Positions 62,416-64,000 of a DNA stretch of 64,000 bases are shown here, piece after piece. The translations under genes and the position numbers were made by a program. The notes under the pieces were generated by a model. That model did no database searches. It worked only from the letters and a program-made list of their open reading frames with translations, and had not been told where the DNA came from. The stretch's first letter is position 1. Each line of letters begins with the position of its first letter. This stretch comes from Myxococcota bacterium. Its GTDB lineage: Bacteria; Myxococcota; UBA4151. The DNA lies in the NCBI GenBank assembly GCA_036338695.1, contig JAYZBQ010000015.1, positions 90,892-154,891 on the forward strand, given 5' to 3'.

Positions 62416-63831
62416 CTAGGGGTTCAGGCAGGCGTCCAGAGCGTCGCTGTTGTCGATCCACGAGCGGATCATGTCCAGATGCGTTTGCGGGAGCGGATCC
62501 CCGGCAGAAGGCATCTGCACGCCGCTGCCGCCCTGGACGTTGAGGTGCTGACCGCTGAGCTTGAGGTACAGGTAGCTGCTCATGTGATCTCGGTGCTGAA
62601 CCAGCGGCAATCCCGCCAGCGTGTTGACCCCAACCAGGCTGTCATAGAGCGCTTGCGGGCTCGTTACAGTGATCCGCAGCCCGCCTTGATTCTGTGTCTG
62701 ATGACAATTGATGCAGGGAAGAAACACGCCTTCACGCTGGATGTCGCAGATCGTCTGCGCGGGCGCACACAGGACGTGGTTGCGGCAGTCCCTGTCGTCG
62801 CAGTCCACCCGTCCGTCACCGTCGTTGTCATCGCCATCCGAGCACTGCTCTTCAGGGAAGCCCTGCAGGCAGCGCTGGATGTCACCACCGTTGAGCCAGC
62901 GACCGACCTCGGTGATCGCCTGGTTCGATAGGGGCGCCAAGTTCAAGGGCATCCGACCGCCACGCGCCGAGACGCAGTCGGTGTCGCCGTCAGCGCAGGG
63001 CGGATTGAGCTGCGTCTGCGTGCCTGCGATCTTGGCGTAGACCATGCTCTGCTCTGCGTTGCCCGAGACAAAGGAGGCTCGGTTCTGCGACCCAGGCGTG
63101 TTCATCGAGTCGAACAGCTGCTGAGGGCTTGAGTGGTCCACTCGGAAGTTCCCCGACGCTTCGCTGATCCGGTTGCCTTGGTTGTCGAAGCGGTCTTGGT
63201 GGCAGTTCGTGCACTGGGCGAAGTAGCCCGCCTCATGCAAGTCACAGATGGTGACCCGGTCCAGACAGGCTGTTGAGCCCTCGCAGGCGGGGTCGTCACA
63301 GTCCGTCAAGCCGTTTGCGTTGTCGTCCCACTCGTTGTCGCAGATCTCGTCCGCGCAGTAGGGCAGGGGCGCACAGTCCGGGTCGTCGCAGTCGACGAAG
63401 CCGTCTTGATCGTTGTCGATGGTGTCGGTGCAGGGCGTGCCGCCCGCCAGATTTTCTGGAGGGAGCCCCGCGTCGTAAGGACCGCTGTCCACGACGCCAG
63501 CGTCTGCCGGGCCTGTGTCTGCGCGCCCCGCGTCGACCGCAGCATCCGGCGTCACGGCTGCGTCCTCAACCGGAACCGCAGCGTCCTGTGCCTGCCCCGC
63601 ATCGGGCGGCGGAGGCACGTCGTACTCAGGGACGCAGACGTCCTCTTTGTACACACCGCTACCTGCCGGGAGCTCAATGCGTCCCACGCAGACGTAATCC
63701 ACAAACTCGGTCCCGAGCGCCGCCGCCGTGCAGTCCTCATCGGTTTCACACGGTGGGTTACCCGGATAAAACTGCCGAGGGCACGCCAGCAGCGCCGTCG
63801 TGAGCGCAACCATTAGAGCGAGCCGGAACAT
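62416..63831 (-). CDS. Cys-rich lipoprotein with two CxxCH cytochrome c-like domains
   Basis: Signal MFRLALMVALTTALLAC, a DA(G/A) linker and DND.(D/N)G..DCDD..C repeats. CTNCH at 63199-63213 and CINCH at 62701-62715. Confidence 0.78.
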   Translation of the reverse strand: MFRLALMVALTTALLACPRQFYPGNPPCETDEDCTAAALGTEFVDYVCVGRIELPAGSGVYKEDVCVPEYDVPPPPDAGQAQDAAVPVEDAAVTPDAAVDAGRADTGPADAGVVDSGPYDAGLPPENLAGGTPCTDTIDNDQDGFVDCDDPDCAPLPYCADEICDNEWDDNANGLTDCDDPACEGSTACLDRVTICDLHEAGYFAQCTNCHQDRFDNQGNRISEASGNFRVDHSSPQQLFDSMNTPGSQNRASFVSGNAEQSMVYAKIAGTQTQLNPPCADGDTDCVSARGGRMPLNLAPLSNQAITEVGRWLNGGDIQRCLQGFPEEQCSDGDDNDGDGRVDCDDRDCRNHVLCAPAQTICDIQREGVFLPCINCHQTQNQGGLRITVTSPQALYDSLVGVNTLAGLPLVQHRDHMSSYLYLKLSGQHLNVQGGSGVQMPSAGDPLPQTHLDMIRSWIDNSDALDACLNP

Positions 63832-63998
63832 CAGGGGACGAACAAGCCGCTCACGGCAGCGATCGAGCCAATCGCGGTGAGCGCAATCCCTGCGCCGTTG
63901 AGCACGCGCCCCATCGTCGTGGTGCCCTCGAGCTCCTTGAACTGTGCCTTCTGAGCAGCCGTCCACGCAGGCTTGTCCTGGAGCGTCGTGCGGTCATC
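63831..63998 (-). CDS. 3' end of a hypothetical protein with a C-terminal hydrophobic segment (starts beyond the window)
   Basis: Open frame reading DDRTTLQDK...GIALTAIGSIAAVSGLFVP*. Its TGA overlaps the next ATG (TGATG). Confidence 0.6.
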   Translation of the reverse strand, partial: DDRTTLQDKPAWTAAQKAQFKELEGTTTMGRVLNGAGIALTAIGSIAAVSGLFVP

Positions 63999-64000
63999 GA

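Overview
This is a GC-rich, very densely packed bacterial chromosome segment. The Cys-rich myxobacterial-type lipoproteins, DAG-repeat linkers and AddAB-type repair genes suggest Myxococcota or a related deltaproteobacterial lineage (inference). About 52 CDS are visible. The core genes are mdh-sdhCAB-(PilZ)-sucCD, HU/IHF-carB-greA-truD-rluA, rpsA, rsmD-coaD-aminotransferase-tilS-ftsH-folP, addAB-like, dnaK, crp-hflKC, coaBC, ggt and ptp-psd. Many secreted or surface lipoproteins lie between them. I saw no rRNA, tRNA, CRISPR array, transposase, integrase or phage gene. The most notable observations are: (1) a 46-aa, highly basic stand-alone protein with a promoter, GC discriminator, RBS and terminator like those of ribosomal-protein genes; (2) a cytochrome-c-like domain with an extra Cys pair, present three times in two lipoproteins about 50 kb apart, one copy with CX4CH next to a purple acid phosphatase; (3) a three-gene Cys/Gly-rich lipoprotein cluster; (4) dnaK coupled to a TPR-transglutaminase-like lipoprotein; (5) an NPEPL1-like aminopeptidase and an archaeal-style CoaBC; (6) a structured intergenic region. 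All family calls come from motifs recognised by eye, not from database searches.
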